Positions 1-10,435 of a stretch of DNA of 64,000 bases are shown here, in pieces. The translations under genes and the position numbers were made by a program. The notes under the pieces are model-generated. The model made no database searches. It saw only the letters and a program-made list of their open reading frames with translations, and was not told the origin of the DNA. The DNA comes from Deltaproteobacteria bacterium. GTDB lineage: Bacteria; Myxococcota; JACPTQ01. Location: assembly GCA_016192705.1 (NCBI GenBank), contig JACPTQ010000072.1:6611-70610 (forward strand), in the 5' to 3' direction. How positions within the stretch are numbered: position 1 is the stretch's first letter; the number at the start of each line of letters is the position of its first letter.

Positions 1-4
1 GAAT

Positions 5-3000
5 GTGTATTGGCACCAGGAGGATCGCAACCGCGTCGATTTGGTGCCGGACCGGACGGAGTATGCGCCGGGTGATACGGCGCGGGTCTTGGTGAAGTCG
101 CCGTTCCCGCGGGCGGTCGGACTTTTGACGATTGAACGATACGGGATCGCGGAGTATCGGCCGCTCGTTTTTAATGGCTCCGCGGCGGCGGTCGAAGTGA
201 GCTTGAAGGCCGAGTGGATTCCAAACGTGAGGCTCGCGATCACGCTTTCGCGCGGGCGGCTCAGCGAAGCCGAGATCGGCGCGGGGGGCGCGGAAGCGGC
301 GGCGGATCTTGGGAAACCGGCGTTCGCGCAGGGGAGCGTGAACCTTGCGATCGAAAAGTCGCGGTACAAACTGACGGTGGGGGCGAAGCCAGCGTCGCCG
401 GAGATTGCTCCTGGGACCGAGTTGCCGATTGAAATCTCGACGACGGGGCACGACGGGAAGCCGGTCTCTTCAGAGGTTGCGGTGATGATCGTCGACGAGG
501 GAGTCCTTGCGCTCTTGGGCTTCGCGACGCCCGACCCGTTTAGTTATTTTTGGGGGTCGAAGCCGCCGATGACGGCGATGAACGATTTGCGGCGATTTAT
601 CTTGAAGCGTAAGAAGGAGCTCCAGCCGGTGTCGAAGCCGCCGCCGCCCGTGCAGCGGCGTAGCCGCGCGATGAATGGTCGCGGCCACGACGACGGTGCG
701 AAGCGCGACGAAGAAAGGGAGGGACGCACGGGTGCGTTGCCACCGCCGTCGCCTGGAGGCGGATATGGGGCTGCGGCACAAGCGCCCAAGGTGATGGCGG
801 CGCTGGCGTCCCCGGCAGCTGAGAGGGCGGCTGACAAGAAAGAGGCGTCAGGCGGCGAGGCGGCTCCAGCGTTGGTTGCGCGGACACTTTTCGCGTCGAC
901 GGCGTACTTCAATCCGGCCGTGAAGACGGGCGCGGACGGACGCGCGAAAATCGTCGTCAAGATGCCGGAGAACCTGACGACGTTTCGAATCATGGCGGTC
1001 GCGCACGATCGCGAGGTTCGGTTTGGCTCGACGAGCGACACCGTCAAGGTGCGAAAGCCGCTCCTCCTTCGCGCGTCGTTGCCGCGGTTCGCGAATTTTG
1101 GCGACGCGTTTGAGGCGAGCGTCGTCGTGAACAACGAGACTGGTAACGACACGGCGGTCGATGTGCAACTTCGCGCAGCCAACACGACGGTTGAAGGCGA
1201 GGGGCGCGAGCGCGTCCACATTAAGAACCACGAGGCGAAAGAAATTCGCTTCCGCGTGAAGGTTAAAGACCCGGGCACCGCGAAGTTCCAGTTTGCGGCG
1301 CAGACGGTCGGCGCCGGAAAGAAGATTTCGAACGACGCCGTCGAGGTGGCGATCCCGATCAAGTTGCCCGCGACGAGCGAGGCGTTTGCAACGTACGGCG
1401 CAACCGACAAATCGATCGCACAGCCACTCTTGCCGCCAAAGGAAATTGTGCCTGATTTTGGCGGACTCGAGATGTCGTTCTCGTCGACCGCGCTCACGGG
1501 ACTCACGGACGCGGTGAAATACCTCATCGACTACCCGTACGAATGCGCCGAACAGACCGCGAGCCGCATCATCCCGATCGTCGCGATGAAAGACATCATT
1601 CGCGATTTCCCGATGGCGTCCCTCAAAGACCCGACGCAGGTTCGGACAATTGTCGAGAGTGGCGTTCGACGGCTTCGCGGGATGCAGCAGTGGGACGGCG
1701 GGTTCAGCTACTGGCCAGGCGCGCATCGCACGTGGCTCTGGATTTCGTCGTGGGTGACGTTTGCGCTCGAACTCGCGAAGACCGAGGGGTTCGAGGTGCC
1801 GCAGTCGATGCTCGATAACGCGCGGCGCTTCCTCAAAAATCGGCTCGACAGCCCGCGGCTTGATTACGACGCGCTCTACTCGTACACGACGCAAGTGTTT
1901 GCAGCGTATGTCCTCTCGCTTTCCGGGAGCCACGCGACAAAGCACCTCGACCGCCTCTACGGCGTTCGGAAAGAATTGCCGCTTTTCGGTAAAGCGTTCC
2001 TCCTCGCCGCGATCCACCGCGCGAACCACGAAGACGCGCGTCGTGACGAGCTGCTTCGTGAGATTGGAAACGCCGCGGTCGAAACACCAGCCGCCGCGCA
2101 CTTCGCCGAGGCGAAGACCGAATCGCTCCGCCTTCTTATGCACTCCGACGAGCGCACCGACGCGATCGTTCTTCTCGCTTACCTCGAGGCCGACCCGAAG
2201 CAGACGCTCGTCCCCAAAATCATGAAGGGGCTCATGGACGCGCGACGCCGCGGCGGTCGATGGCGCTCGACCCAAGAGAATGCATACGGCCTTCTCGCGT
2301 TCAGTCGCTACTACAAGTTGTTCGAGAAGGAAGTTCCTGATTTTACGGCCTCGGTGTGGATTGGCGACGGGTACGTCGGGCGCGAAAAATTCGAGGGGCG
2401 CTCGATGCGCGTCGTCGAAAAGATCGTCCCGATGAGCTTCTTTACGTCGCTCGGCCAGCAGACGTTGACCCTCGCGAAGGACGGCCCGGGTCGCCTCTAC
2501 TATCGACTCGGACTCAAATATGCGCCGGCGTCGCTAAAACTCCCGCCCGAAGAGCAAGGGTTTGCCGTGTCGCGCGTCTACGAACCGGTCGAAGGCCCCG
2601 AGACGGTGCGCCGCGACGACAGCGGAGTTTGGCACATCAAGGCCGGCGCCAACGTGCGCGTGCGTCTCACGATCGTCGTCCCCGATCGGCGCCACTTCGT
2701 CGCGGTTGACGACCCGCTCCCCGCGGGGCTCGAGGGTGTGAACCTCACGTTCCAGACGACGGCGCAGGGACACCGCGCTAAGCTCCAACACAAAACGTAC
2801 GACTTCTGGCGTTCGTACTACGCACTCTGGGCGTTCGACCACAAAGAGATGCGCGACGATCGCGTCGTGTTGTTCGCCGACATGCTTCCCGCGGGCGTTT
2901 ACGAATACACCTACCTCGCGCGTGCGACGACTTACGGGCGCTTTGTGACGCCGCCCCTCAAAGCCGAAGAGATGTACGCGCCGGAAGTGTTTGGCCGCAA

Positions 3001-3028
3001 CGGAACGGACATCGTTGTCGTGGAGTAG
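5..3028 (+). CDS. Bacterial alpha-2-macroglobulin family protein (5' end outside the window)
   Basis: MG-domain motifs (Y.PGDTARV, MPENLTTFRIMAVA), Pro/Arg-rich bait-like region, thioester motif YPYECAEQ, WRSTQEN, C-terminal EMRDDRV...AEEMYAPE. Confidence 0.93.
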   Translation: MYWHQEDRNRVDLVPDRTEYAPGDTARVLVKSPFPRAVGLLTIERYGIAEYRPLVFNGSAAAVEVSLKAEWIPNVRLAITLSRGRLSEAEIGAGGAEAAADLGKPAFAQGSVNLAIEKSRYKLTVGAKPASPEIAPGTELPIEISTTGHDGKPVSSEVAVMIVDEGVLALLGFATPDPFSYFWGSKPPMTAMNDLRRFILKRKKELQPVSKPPPPVQRRSRAMNGRGHDDGAKRDEEREGRTGALPPPSPGGGYGAAAQAPKVMAALASPAAERAADKKEASGGEAAPALVARTLFASTAYFNPAVKTGADGRAKIVVKMPENLTTFRIMAVAHDREVRFGSTSDTVKVRKPLLLRASLPRFANFGDAFEASVVVNNETGNDTAVDVQLRAANTTVEGEGRERVHIKNHEAKEIRFRVKVKDPGTAKFQFAAQTVGAGKKISNDAVEVAIPIKLPATSEAFATYGATDKSIAQPLLPPKEIVPDFGGLEMSFSSTALTGLTDAVKYLIDYPYECAEQTASRIIPIVAMKDIIRDFPMASLKDPTQVRTIVESGVRRLRGMQQWDGGFSYWPGAHRTWLWISSWVTFALELAKTEGFEVPQSMLDNARRFLKNRLDSPRLDYDALYSYTTQVFAAYVLSLSGSHATKHLDRLYGVRKELPLFGKAFLLAAIHRANHEDARRDELLREIGNAAVETPAAAHFAEAKTESLRLLMHSDERTDAIVLLAYLEADPKQTLVPKIMKGLMDARRRGGRWRSTQENAYGLLAFSRYYKLFEKEVPDFTASVWIGDGYVGREKFEGRSMRVVEKIVPMSFFTSLGQQTLTLAKDGPGRLYYRLGLKYAPASLKLPPEEQGFAVSRVYEPVEGPETVRRDDSGVWHIKAGANVRVRLTIVVPDRRHFVAVDDPLPAGLEGVNLTFQTTAQGHRAKLQHKTYDFWRSYYALWAFDHKEMRDDRVVLFADMLPAGVYEYTYLARATTYGRFVTPPLKAEEMYAPEVFGRNGTDIVVVE

Positions 3029-3094
3029 CCGCGCTCGACGGCCCCGCGCGAGACTGCTATCCTTGAAGGGCTTTTTTGACCAAGGAGGTCTTGA

Positions 3095-3604
3095 ATGGGC
3101 ATGAGCGAGTTTGAAGACGCCTACGAAGATGATGAGCAGCAAGTGCGAGGTGCGATTTTAACCCAGCCCGTGCGCGGGCTTGAGCCGGCTGAGCCGGTTT
3201 GCGTACAAGCGACGACGACGCTTCGCGAGGCCGTTGAAGCTATGAACCGCGTGAAGGCGGGGTGTGTGCTGGTGACGGGTGGCGAGCGGCTCGTTGGGAT
3301 TCTGACGGAGCGCGACATATTGCGGCACGTCGTCGGCAAACTCGACCTCGATGAGCCGGTCACCTCGGTCATGACAAAGAACCCCGAAACAGTCGGGATG
3401 GAGCACGGGATCGCATATGCCCTCAACAAGATGCACGTTGGTGGATACAGGCATATTCCAATCATCGATGCGGGCGGGCGTCCCGTCGGCATCATTTCGG
3501 TTCGCGACATCGTCGGTTTCATCGTGTCGCTCTTTCCAAGCGCGGTGCTGAACGTGCCACCCGAGCCAGAGCTTGGGATTCCGCGGACCGAAGGCGGGGC
3601 ATAG
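3095..3604 (+). CDS. CBS-domain pair protein
   Basis: LVGILTERDI and PVGIISVRDI CBS motifs; AAGGAGG upstream. Confidence 0.9.
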   Translation: MGMSEFEDAYEDDEQQVRGAILTQPVRGLEPAEPVCVQATTTLREAVEAMNRVKAGCVLVTGGERLVGILTERDILRHVVGKLDLDEPVTSVMTKNPETVGMEHGIAYALNKMHVGGYRHIPIIDAGGRPVGIISVRDIVGFIVSLFPSAVLNVPPEPELGIPRTEGGA

Positions 3605-3660
3605 TTTTGGCGCTCCTCATCGGGTTGCATTTAACAGAAAAACGGGTGTAGGTTTTCACC

Positions 3661-5562
3661 ATGACTGAAAAAGATCCAACGGTGCCCGCACAAATCCGTC
3701 AGGTGCCGGCCGACACGATCGAGCATGTCGTCGTTCGATTTGCGGGGGATTCGGGCGACGGGATGCAGCTCACGGGGACGGAGTTCACGAAGTCGGCGGC
3801 CATTGCCGGAAACGACCTCGCGACGTTTCCCGATTATCCGGCTGAAATCCGCGCCCCGGCTGGAACTCTGGCCGGCGTATCGGGGTACCAGGTGCATTTT
3901 TCATCGAACGAGGTTTTTACGTCGGGTGATGAACCGGACGTACTCGTTGTGATGAATCCCGCGGCGCTCAAGGTCAATCTCGCCGATCTCACAGTTGGGG
4001 GCGTCGTTATCATTAACAGTGGCACCTTTACCGATCAGAACATCGCGAAGGCCGGATATTCGTCGAATCCGCTCTCGGACGGGACACTCGCGAAGTATCA
4101 GGTGTTTAACATCGACATCAATAAGGCGGTTCAGACAGCCCTCGAAGGTTCGGGCTTAAGCGCGAAAGAGATTCAGCGTTGTAAGAACTATTACGCGCTG
4201 GGTCTCATGTTCTGGTTGTACAGCCGGCCGACACAGCCTGAAATCGACGCCATCAACCAGAAGTTCAAAAAGAACGAGCTGTTCGCAAAGGCCAACGTGT
4301 CGGCATTCAACGCTGGCTACAATTACGGCGAGACGACGGAGATGTTTGTTTCGCGGTTTGTGGTGCCGCGTGCGGAGCTCGAGCCGGGGATCTATCGGCA
4401 CATTACAGGTAACGAAGCGACGGCGATTGGGCTGGTGGCCGCGGCGCAGCGGGCCGGACTGCCGCTTTTTTATGGGAGCTACCCCATTACGCCAGCTTCG
4501 GACATTCTTCACGCGCTGTCATCGTACCGAAACTATGGCGTTGTGACGTTTCAGGCCGAAGACGAAATTGCGGCGGTGGCGTCTGCGCTGGGCGCGGCGT
4601 TCGCGGGTTCGATTGCGGTCACGGGGACGTCGGGGCCTGGCGTTGCGCTGAAGCAGGAGGCGATTGGCCTTGCCGTGATGACCGAGCTGCCGCTCATAAT
4701 CATCAACGTGCAGCGCGGTGGGCCGTCGACGGGCTTGCCCACAAAAACGGAGCAAGCCGATCTTCACCAGGCGATGATCGGGCGAAATGGCGAATCCCCC
4801 ATTTGTGTCATTGCGCCGTCGACGCCGGCAGATTGTTTCACGATGGCGTTCGAGGCGATTCGTCTCGCCACGAAATATATGTGTCCTGTGATGCTGCTGA
4901 GTGACGGATACCTCGCAAACGGCGCCGAACCGTGGAAGCTCCCGGAGATCGACACGCTGCCGAGGATTCCGGTCAAGTTCCACACCGAGGTCGAAGGCTT
5001 TTATCCGTATCGGCGAGATGCTGTCACGCTCGCGCGGCCGTGGGCGATTCCGGGAACGCCAGGGCTCGAGCACCGTATCGGCGGCCTCGAGAAGCAGGAC
5101 GTCACGGGGAACGTTTGTTACGACGCGGCGAACCACGAGCATATGTGCCTCCTTCGGCAGGAGAAGATTAACCGTATCGTGGCGGACATTCCGCCTGTGG
5201 AAGTTTTTGGCGACGAATCGGGTGACGTTCTTGTCGTTGGGTGGGGCTCGACCTACGGCGCAATCACGCACGCGGTTAAGATGTTGCGGCAGCGCGGTGA
5301 GAAGGTGTCGTCTGTCCATCTGAAGTATCTGAATCCGTTCCCGGCGAATTTGGGGACGGTGCTCGCGCGGTTCAAAAAGGTTGTTGTCGCCGAGATGAAC
5401 CTCGGGCAGCTCGTTTGGCATTTGCGCGCGAAGTACCTCGTCGATGCGATCGCTGTCACGAAGATTCAAGGGCGCCCGTTTAAAGTTCAGGAGATCGTGG
5501 TGCGTGTTGAGGAAATCCTTGGGGCGAAACGGCCGGCTTATGCCGTCGCGGATGCGGAGTAG
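3661..5562 (+). CDS. korA: 2-oxoacid:ferredoxin oxidoreductase alpha subunit
   Basis: RFAGDSGDGMQL, PAEIRAP, YPITPAS, QAEDEIAA, QRGGPSTGLPTK. Confidence 0.95.
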   Translation: MTEKDPTVPAQIRQVPADTIEHVVVRFAGDSGDGMQLTGTEFTKSAAIAGNDLATFPDYPAEIRAPAGTLAGVSGYQVHFSSNEVFTSGDEPDVLVVMNPAALKVNLADLTVGGVVIINSGTFTDQNIAKAGYSSNPLSDGTLAKYQVFNIDINKAVQTALEGSGLSAKEIQRCKNYYALGLMFWLYSRPTQPEIDAINQKFKKNELFAKANVSAFNAGYNYGETTEMFVSRFVVPRAELEPGIYRHITGNEATAIGLVAAAQRAGLPLFYGSYPITPASDILHALSSYRNYGVVTFQAEDEIAAVASALGAAFAGSIAVTGTSGPGVALKQEAIGLAVMTELPLIIINVQRGGPSTGLPTKTEQADLHQAMIGRNGESPICVIAPSTPADCFTMAFEAIRLATKYMCPVMLLSDGYLANGAEPWKLPEIDTLPRIPVKFHTEVEGFYPYRRDAVTLARPWAIPGTPGLEHRIGGLEKQDVTGNVCYDAANHEHMCLLRQEKINRIVADIPPVEVFGDESGDVLVVGWGSTYGAITHAVKMLRQRGEKVSSVHLKYLNPFPANLGTVLARFKKVVVAEMNLGQLVWHLRAKYLVDAIAVTKIQGRPFKVQEIVVRVEEILGAKRPAYAVADAE

Positions 5563-5564
5563 AC

Positions 5565-6638
5565 ATGGGCACGAACGGTGAACATCAGGTGAGTCCGGGT
5601 GCGGCGACCGCGAGCGGCGGCAACGGAAGCCCGGTTGTCAAACTGACGAAGAAAGATTTCGTCAGCGACCAAGATGTCCGGTGGTGTCCAGGGTGCGGCG
5701 ACTACTCGGTGCTTGCACAGGTGCAAAAGATTATTCCGGAGCTCGGCATCGCGCGCGAAAACTTCGTGTTCGTTTCTGGTATCGGTTGCTCGTCGCGTTT
5801 TCCGTACTACATGAACACGTATGGGTTTCACACGATTCACGGGCGTGCGCCGGCGATTGCGTCGGGCGTCAAGATCGCGCGTCCGGACCTGCAAGTGTGG
5901 GTCGCGACGGGAGATGGTGATGCGCTGTCAATCGGCGGGAACCACTTCATCCACTGTTTGCGGCGCAACATGGATCTCAAGATCTTGTTGTTCAACAATC
6001 GGATTTACGGTCTCACCAAGGGTCAATATTCGCCCACGAGTGAAATTGGCAAGAAGACGAAATCGACGCCGTATGGCTCGATCGACCGGCCGTTTAATCC
6101 GGTTTCGGTGGCGTTGGCCGCGGAGGCGACGTTTGTGGCGCGTGCGATCGACACCGATGTCGTGGGGCTTCAGTCTGTTCTTAAGCGCGCCGCCGATCAT
6201 CGCGGCAGCGCCTTCGTCGAGATTTATCAAAACTGCAATGTCTTTAACGATGGCGCGTGGGAGGCGGTTGCCGAAAAGTCGGTGCGCAGCGACCGCGTGG
6301 TGGTGTTGGAACACGGAAAGCCGCTTGTCTTTGGAAAAGCGCGGGACAAGGGGATTCGCATTCGTCCCGATATGACGCCGGAGGTGATTGCCGTGGCGCC
6401 CGGAACGGTCGGTGATGCGATGATCCACGACGAGAAAAGGGACGAGCCGTTTTACCCGTTCTTTTTGTCGCGCCTCGCGTACCCCGATTACCCGGAGCCG
6501 GTCGGCGTCTTTCGCGCGGTGCGGCGTCCGACGTACGACGAGCTGATTTCGCAGCAGGGTGAAACGGTTGTGGCGAAACTTGGGAAGGGGGATCTCAAGG
6601 GGCTGCTTCACGCGGGCGAAATCTGGAGGGTGGGTTAG
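5565..6638 (+). CDS. korB: 2-oxoacid:ferredoxin oxidoreductase beta subunit
   Basis: WCPGCGD, GIGCSSR, TPP-binding GDGDALSIGGNH...NN. Confidence 0.95.
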   Translation: MGTNGEHQVSPGAATASGGNGSPVVKLTKKDFVSDQDVRWCPGCGDYSVLAQVQKIIPELGIARENFVFVSGIGCSSRFPYYMNTYGFHTIHGRAPAIASGVKIARPDLQVWVATGDGDALSIGGNHFIHCLRRNMDLKILLFNNRIYGLTKGQYSPTSEIGKKTKSTPYGSIDRPFNPVSVALAAEATFVARAIDTDVVGLQSVLKRAADHRGSAFVEIYQNCNVFNDGAWEAVAEKSVRSDRVVVLEHGKPLVFGKARDKGIRIRPDMTPEVIAVAPGTVGDAMIHDEKRDEPFYPFFLSRLAYPDYPEPVGVFRAVRRPTYDELISQQGETVVAKLGKGDLKGLLHAGEIWRVG

Positions 6639-6665
6639 CCTGCTGAGAATCGGTCGATTCCTATC

Positions 6666-7436
6666 TTAAAGAGTCAGCGTTGCCGAGGCAACTTCTGAGC
6701 CGTTAATCGTCACCGTCACTTTGACGCCGAGCATTCCGGTCGTTGCGAACGACGCGACGATGTTTGCCGAGACGTAGCCGTTCGACGCGCTGATCGCAAT
6801 CGAACCAGAGACCGAGCTTGACGAGACCGTGAGGTTTGCAGCGGTCAGCGTCAGCGTGCCGATTCCGTCGGTGACGACAACGATTCCGCTCGTGGTCATG
6901 GTCGCGGAATTTCCGGAGAGCGTCGTCGTCGCCTGGAAGTTGTTGAATTGAAGCACGTAGGTTGTGCCGAGATAGATGGCCGAATAGCTTCCGGTCACCG
7001 ACCACGTGCGATTGCCCGTGCTACCAGAAACACCAACGGTGGCGCTGCCCGAAAGGACATAGCCATTGTATGAGAGGTTGTTGAATGAAAGCGAAAGGCT
7101 TGTGGGGGGCGTACCGGAGTATGAGACGGTCGCCGATCCTGAGATGGGGGCCGTCAAGAGGACGGCTGGGTTGGGTGCGCAGCCGGTGCCAAAGTCAAAC
7201 GTGGCTGTTGTCGTGCCGCTCACGGTGGCCCGCGTGACGGTCGGGCACGTGAACGTTGTGCTTTCGAGGTCGACGGTCATCGTCGCGAGCATTGTGGTCG
7301 CCTCTTCTGAGGTGAGTGCGGCGCTGCTTGACGAGACCGCCGTCGTGCCCGATACGTTTTCTTCTTTTCCGCAGGCGATGGCCGCCGACGTGGTCATTAT
7401 GGCGAAGAGCGCAGCGTTATTAAAAAACGAGTTCAT
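6666..7436 (-). CDS. Ser/Thr-rich beta-strand lipoprotein, function unknown
   Basis: ATG at 7436 with GGAAGGAAGGA upstream; MNSFFNNAALFAIMTTSAAIA-C lipobox-like leader. Confidence 0.7.
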   Translation of the reverse strand: MNSFFNNAALFAIMTTSAAIACGKEENVSGTTAVSSSSAALTSEEATTMLATMTVDLESTTFTCPTVTRATVSGTTTATFDFGTGCAPNPAVLLTAPISGSATVSYSGTPPTSLSLSFNNLSYNGYVLSGSATVGVSGSTGNRTWSVTGSYSAIYLGTTYVLQFNNFQATTTLSGNSATMTTSGIVVVTDGIGTLTLTAANLTVSSSSVSGSIAISASNGYVSANIVASFATTGMLGVKVTVTINGSEVASATLTL

Positions 7437-7677
7437 CGTGATCCTTCCTTCCTTTCGCGTTGGTTGGCGCTCGGCTTCGCAACTCGCTCTCACCCGCGCC
7501 TCACCTGAACGAGAGCAAGCGACGGGCCGCCCAGCCGGTGTCGGGGCCAGCGAAACGACGCGCATTTCTCAGAGTGATGCTCCGCGGCAACGACACAATC
7601 GGTCTGCGACGTCGCGCCCGCTTGTCAGGGGCGATGTGGTAGGCTGTCGGCCTAACAAGTTGCTGAAGGAGCAATTA

Positions 7678-9198
7678 ATGAGACGGCGTGCGGTTCTCTC
7701 GGTGTCTGATAAGCGGGGAATTGTCGAGTTGGCGCGGCGGCTTTCACGGGTCGGCTTCGAAATCGTTTCCACGGGAGGCACGGCGCGCGCGCTTCGTGAT
7801 GCGGGGGTTGGCGTCGTTGACGTCGCGGATGTGACCGGATTCCCCGAGATGATGGATGGGCGCGTGAAGACGCTTCATCCCAAAGTTCATGCGGGGATTT
7901 TGGCGCGTCGTGACCACGTTCGAGATCGCGCGGCGCTTGAGAAGAATGAGATCGTGCCGATTGATGTTGTGGTCGTGAACCTTTATCCATTTGAAGCGAC
8001 GGTCGACGCGGGCCATTCTGAGGCGGAGACGATTGAACACGGCGTCGACATTGGCGGGCCGTCGATGGTGCGCGCGGCGGCAAAGAATTTTTTTGATGTG
8101 GTGGTGCTTGTTGACCCCGATGATTACGAAGAAGTGGGACGGGAGATAGAAGTCGGGACAACGCTTCTGCGGCGTCGGCAATTGGCGGCAAAGGCGTTTG
8201 ATCACACGGCGCGGACCGACGCGGCGATTGCGAATTGGTTTCGCGGTGACGTGTCGGAGAGCCCGTACGGGACCCGAGAGGCGTTCCCCTTGCGGTACGG
8301 CGAAAACCCGCATCAAGAGGCGCGATTTGTGCGGGCGGCCGGTTTGAGGCCGCACGGGTTTGCGGCGTCAAACATCATTCAGGGAAAGGCGCTGTCGTAC
8401 AACAACTTGCTCGATGCGGACGCGGCGCTTCGTCTCGCGCGCGACTTCGATCTGTGTGCGGCCGTTGTGGTGAAGCACACGAACCCGTGCGGCGTCGCGG
8501 TTTCACGCGCGGGCGATGTCGCGGCCGCTTATCGCGCGGCGCGTGAGGGCGATCCCGTTTCGGCGTTCGGTGGCGTTGTTGCGTTGAATCGCGCGGTCGA
8601 TGCGGCGGCGGCGGCGTGCCTCGCGGAGACGTTTCTCGAAGTCGTGGTGGCGCCTTCGTTCGAAGCCGGAGCGCGGGAGCGGCTTGCCGCGAAGAAGAAC
8701 TTACGCCTCGTCGAGTTGCCGGATTTCGCGCGAGGTGATGCGTGGGAGCTTCGCAGCGTCACGGGCGGTGTGTTGGTGATGGAGGCCGATTCGGCTAAGT
8801 GGTCGCGGAACGCACTTCGCGTGGTGACGAAGCGGTCCCCAGAGGAGGTTGATTGGGGCGCGCTCGAGCTTGCGTGGCGAACGGCTCGTGTTGCGAAGTC
8901 TAACGCCATTGTGCTGGCGAATGGCGATTCGGTCGTTGGCGTAGGCGCGGGACAAATGAGTCGCGTTGATTCGTGTCGAATCGCGGTTGAGAAGGCGGGT
9001 GCCGAGCGTGCGCGTCACGCGGCGGCAGCGAGCGACGCGTTTTTCCCGTTCCCGGATGGCGTCGAAGTTCTGGCAAAGTCTGGCGTGGGAACCGTCGTGC
9101 AACCGGGAGGCTCAGTGAAGGATGACGAGGTCGTTGCGGCGGCCGATGCGCTGGGTATCGCGATGGTGTTTACCGGGACGCGGCATTTTCGGCATTGA
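7678..9198 (+). CDS. purH: Bifunctional AICAR transformylase/IMP cyclohydrolase
   Basis: AVLSVSDK, GRVKTLHP, LRYGENPHQ, KHTNPCG, ASDAFFPF, FTGTRHFRH; start reset to ATG 7678 after AAGGAG. Confidence 0.96.
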   Translation: MRRRAVLSVSDKRGIVELARRLSRVGFEIVSTGGTARALRDAGVGVVDVADVTGFPEMMDGRVKTLHPKVHAGILARRDHVRDRAALEKNEIVPIDVVVVNLYPFEATVDAGHSEAETIEHGVDIGGPSMVRAAAKNFFDVVVLVDPDDYEEVGREIEVGTTLLRRRQLAAKAFDHTARTDAAIANWFRGDVSESPYGTREAFPLRYGENPHQEARFVRAAGLRPHGFAASNIIQGKALSYNNLLDADAALRLARDFDLCAAVVVKHTNPCGVAVSRAGDVAAAYRAAREGDPVSAFGGVVALNRAVDAAAAACLAETFLEVVVAPSFEAGARERLAAKKNLRLVELPDFARGDAWELRSVTGGVLVMEADSAKWSRNALRVVTKRSPEEVDWGALELAWRTARVAKSNAIVLANGDSVVGVGAGQMSRVDSCRIAVEKAGAERARHAAAASDAFFPFPDGVEVLAKSGVGTVVQPGGSVKDDEVVAAADALGIAMVFTGTRHFRH

Positions 9199-9216
9199 GC
9201 GTGGGTTGAATCACAG

Positions 9217-10435
9217 ATGAATCGGATGACGGTGTTGGTTGTTGGGGGCGGCGCTCGCGAGCACGCGCTCGCATGGAAGGTCGCGCAGTCGCCGCTCGCT
9301 GAACGCGTCATTGTTGCGCCCGGAAATGCGGGTTGGGACGACTGTGTCGCGGTATCGCCAACGGACGTTGAAGGCGTCGTTGATCTCGCACGACGCGAGC
9401 ACGTTGCGCTTGTTGTCGTTGGGCCGGAGACGGCACTCGAGGTGGGTCTTGTTGACGGGTTGCGCGAGGCGGGACTCGCGGCGTTCGGGCCGACGCGCGC
9501 GGCGGCGCAAATCGAGACAAGCAAGGCGTTTGCAAAGCGTCTCATGCGCGAGGCGGGAGTGCCGACGGCAGACTTTAATGGAATCGTTGCGCGACGCGGA
9601 AAGGGTCATCGCGACGCACTTCGCGCAATCTGACGCGCCGATTGTCGTTAAGGCGGATCGTTTGATGGCAGGGAAAGGCGTTCAGGTGTGCGGGACCGCA
9701 GATGAAGCGGTCGCATTCGCGGCGACCGTTGGCGGAACGCTTGTCATCGAGCGGTGCGTTCGGGGTGTTGAGGTGTCGCTTCACGTGCTCGTCGATGGCG
9801 CGGTTTGCGCGCCGCTTCCGCTCGCGCGCGATCACAAGCGTCTCTTGGATGGCGATCGTGGTCCAAACACAGGCGGAATGGGCGCGATCGCGCCGGTCCG
9901 GCTGCCAGAGGGCGTTTCCGTTGATGGGCTCATGGACCGATGCGTTCGCCCGATAGCCGTCGCACTCGCTTCGCGCGGCACGCCGTTTCGCGGCGTCATT
10001 TTTGCGGGTCTCATGCTTGATGGCGCGAACCCCACCGTTCTCGAATACAACGCCCGGTTTGGAGACCCCGAAACTGAAGTGCTGATGCCGCTCATTGCGG
10101 ACGATTTTGTTTCGCACCTTCTCGAGCCCGGCCACGCGGCGGTGCGTGTTCACCGTGGAGCGGCCGCTGCTGTTGTGCTGGCCGCGCGAGGATATCCCGC
10201 GGCGCCTGAGACGGGACGGCCGATTGTCGGCCTCGACAGAGTCCCGGACTGTCATCTGTTTCACGCGGGCACGCGGCGAGAGGGATCGCAGGTCGTAACG
10301 AACGGCGGTCGCGTTGTCGTCGTGACGGCGAGAGGGGACGACGTTGCGGAGGCGCGTGCACGCGCGTATCAGGGCGCTCTTCGGATTTCGTTCGACGGCG
10401 CTCAGTTTCGGCGCGACATCGGTGGAGTCGCGTAA
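9217..10435 (+). pseudogene. purD: Phosphoribosylamine-glycine ligase, split by a frameshift near 9577 (true lesion or sequence error)
   Basis: Frame 1 carries VLVVGGGAREHAL...GVPTADF; a second frame carries VVKADRLMAGKGV, DHKRL.DGD.GPNTGGMG, EYNARFGDPE, FRRDIG. Confidence 0.88.

Noticed and set aside
7066..7677. N-terminal extension of PurH, and a possible ZTP riboswitch upstream
   Set aside because: The extension is antisense to the lipoprotein gene and an RBS precedes 7678; no ZTP consensus seen.
9565..9585. Programmed ribosomal frameshift in purD
   Set aside because: No canonical slippery heptamer, and the junction looks a few residues short, favouring an indel.
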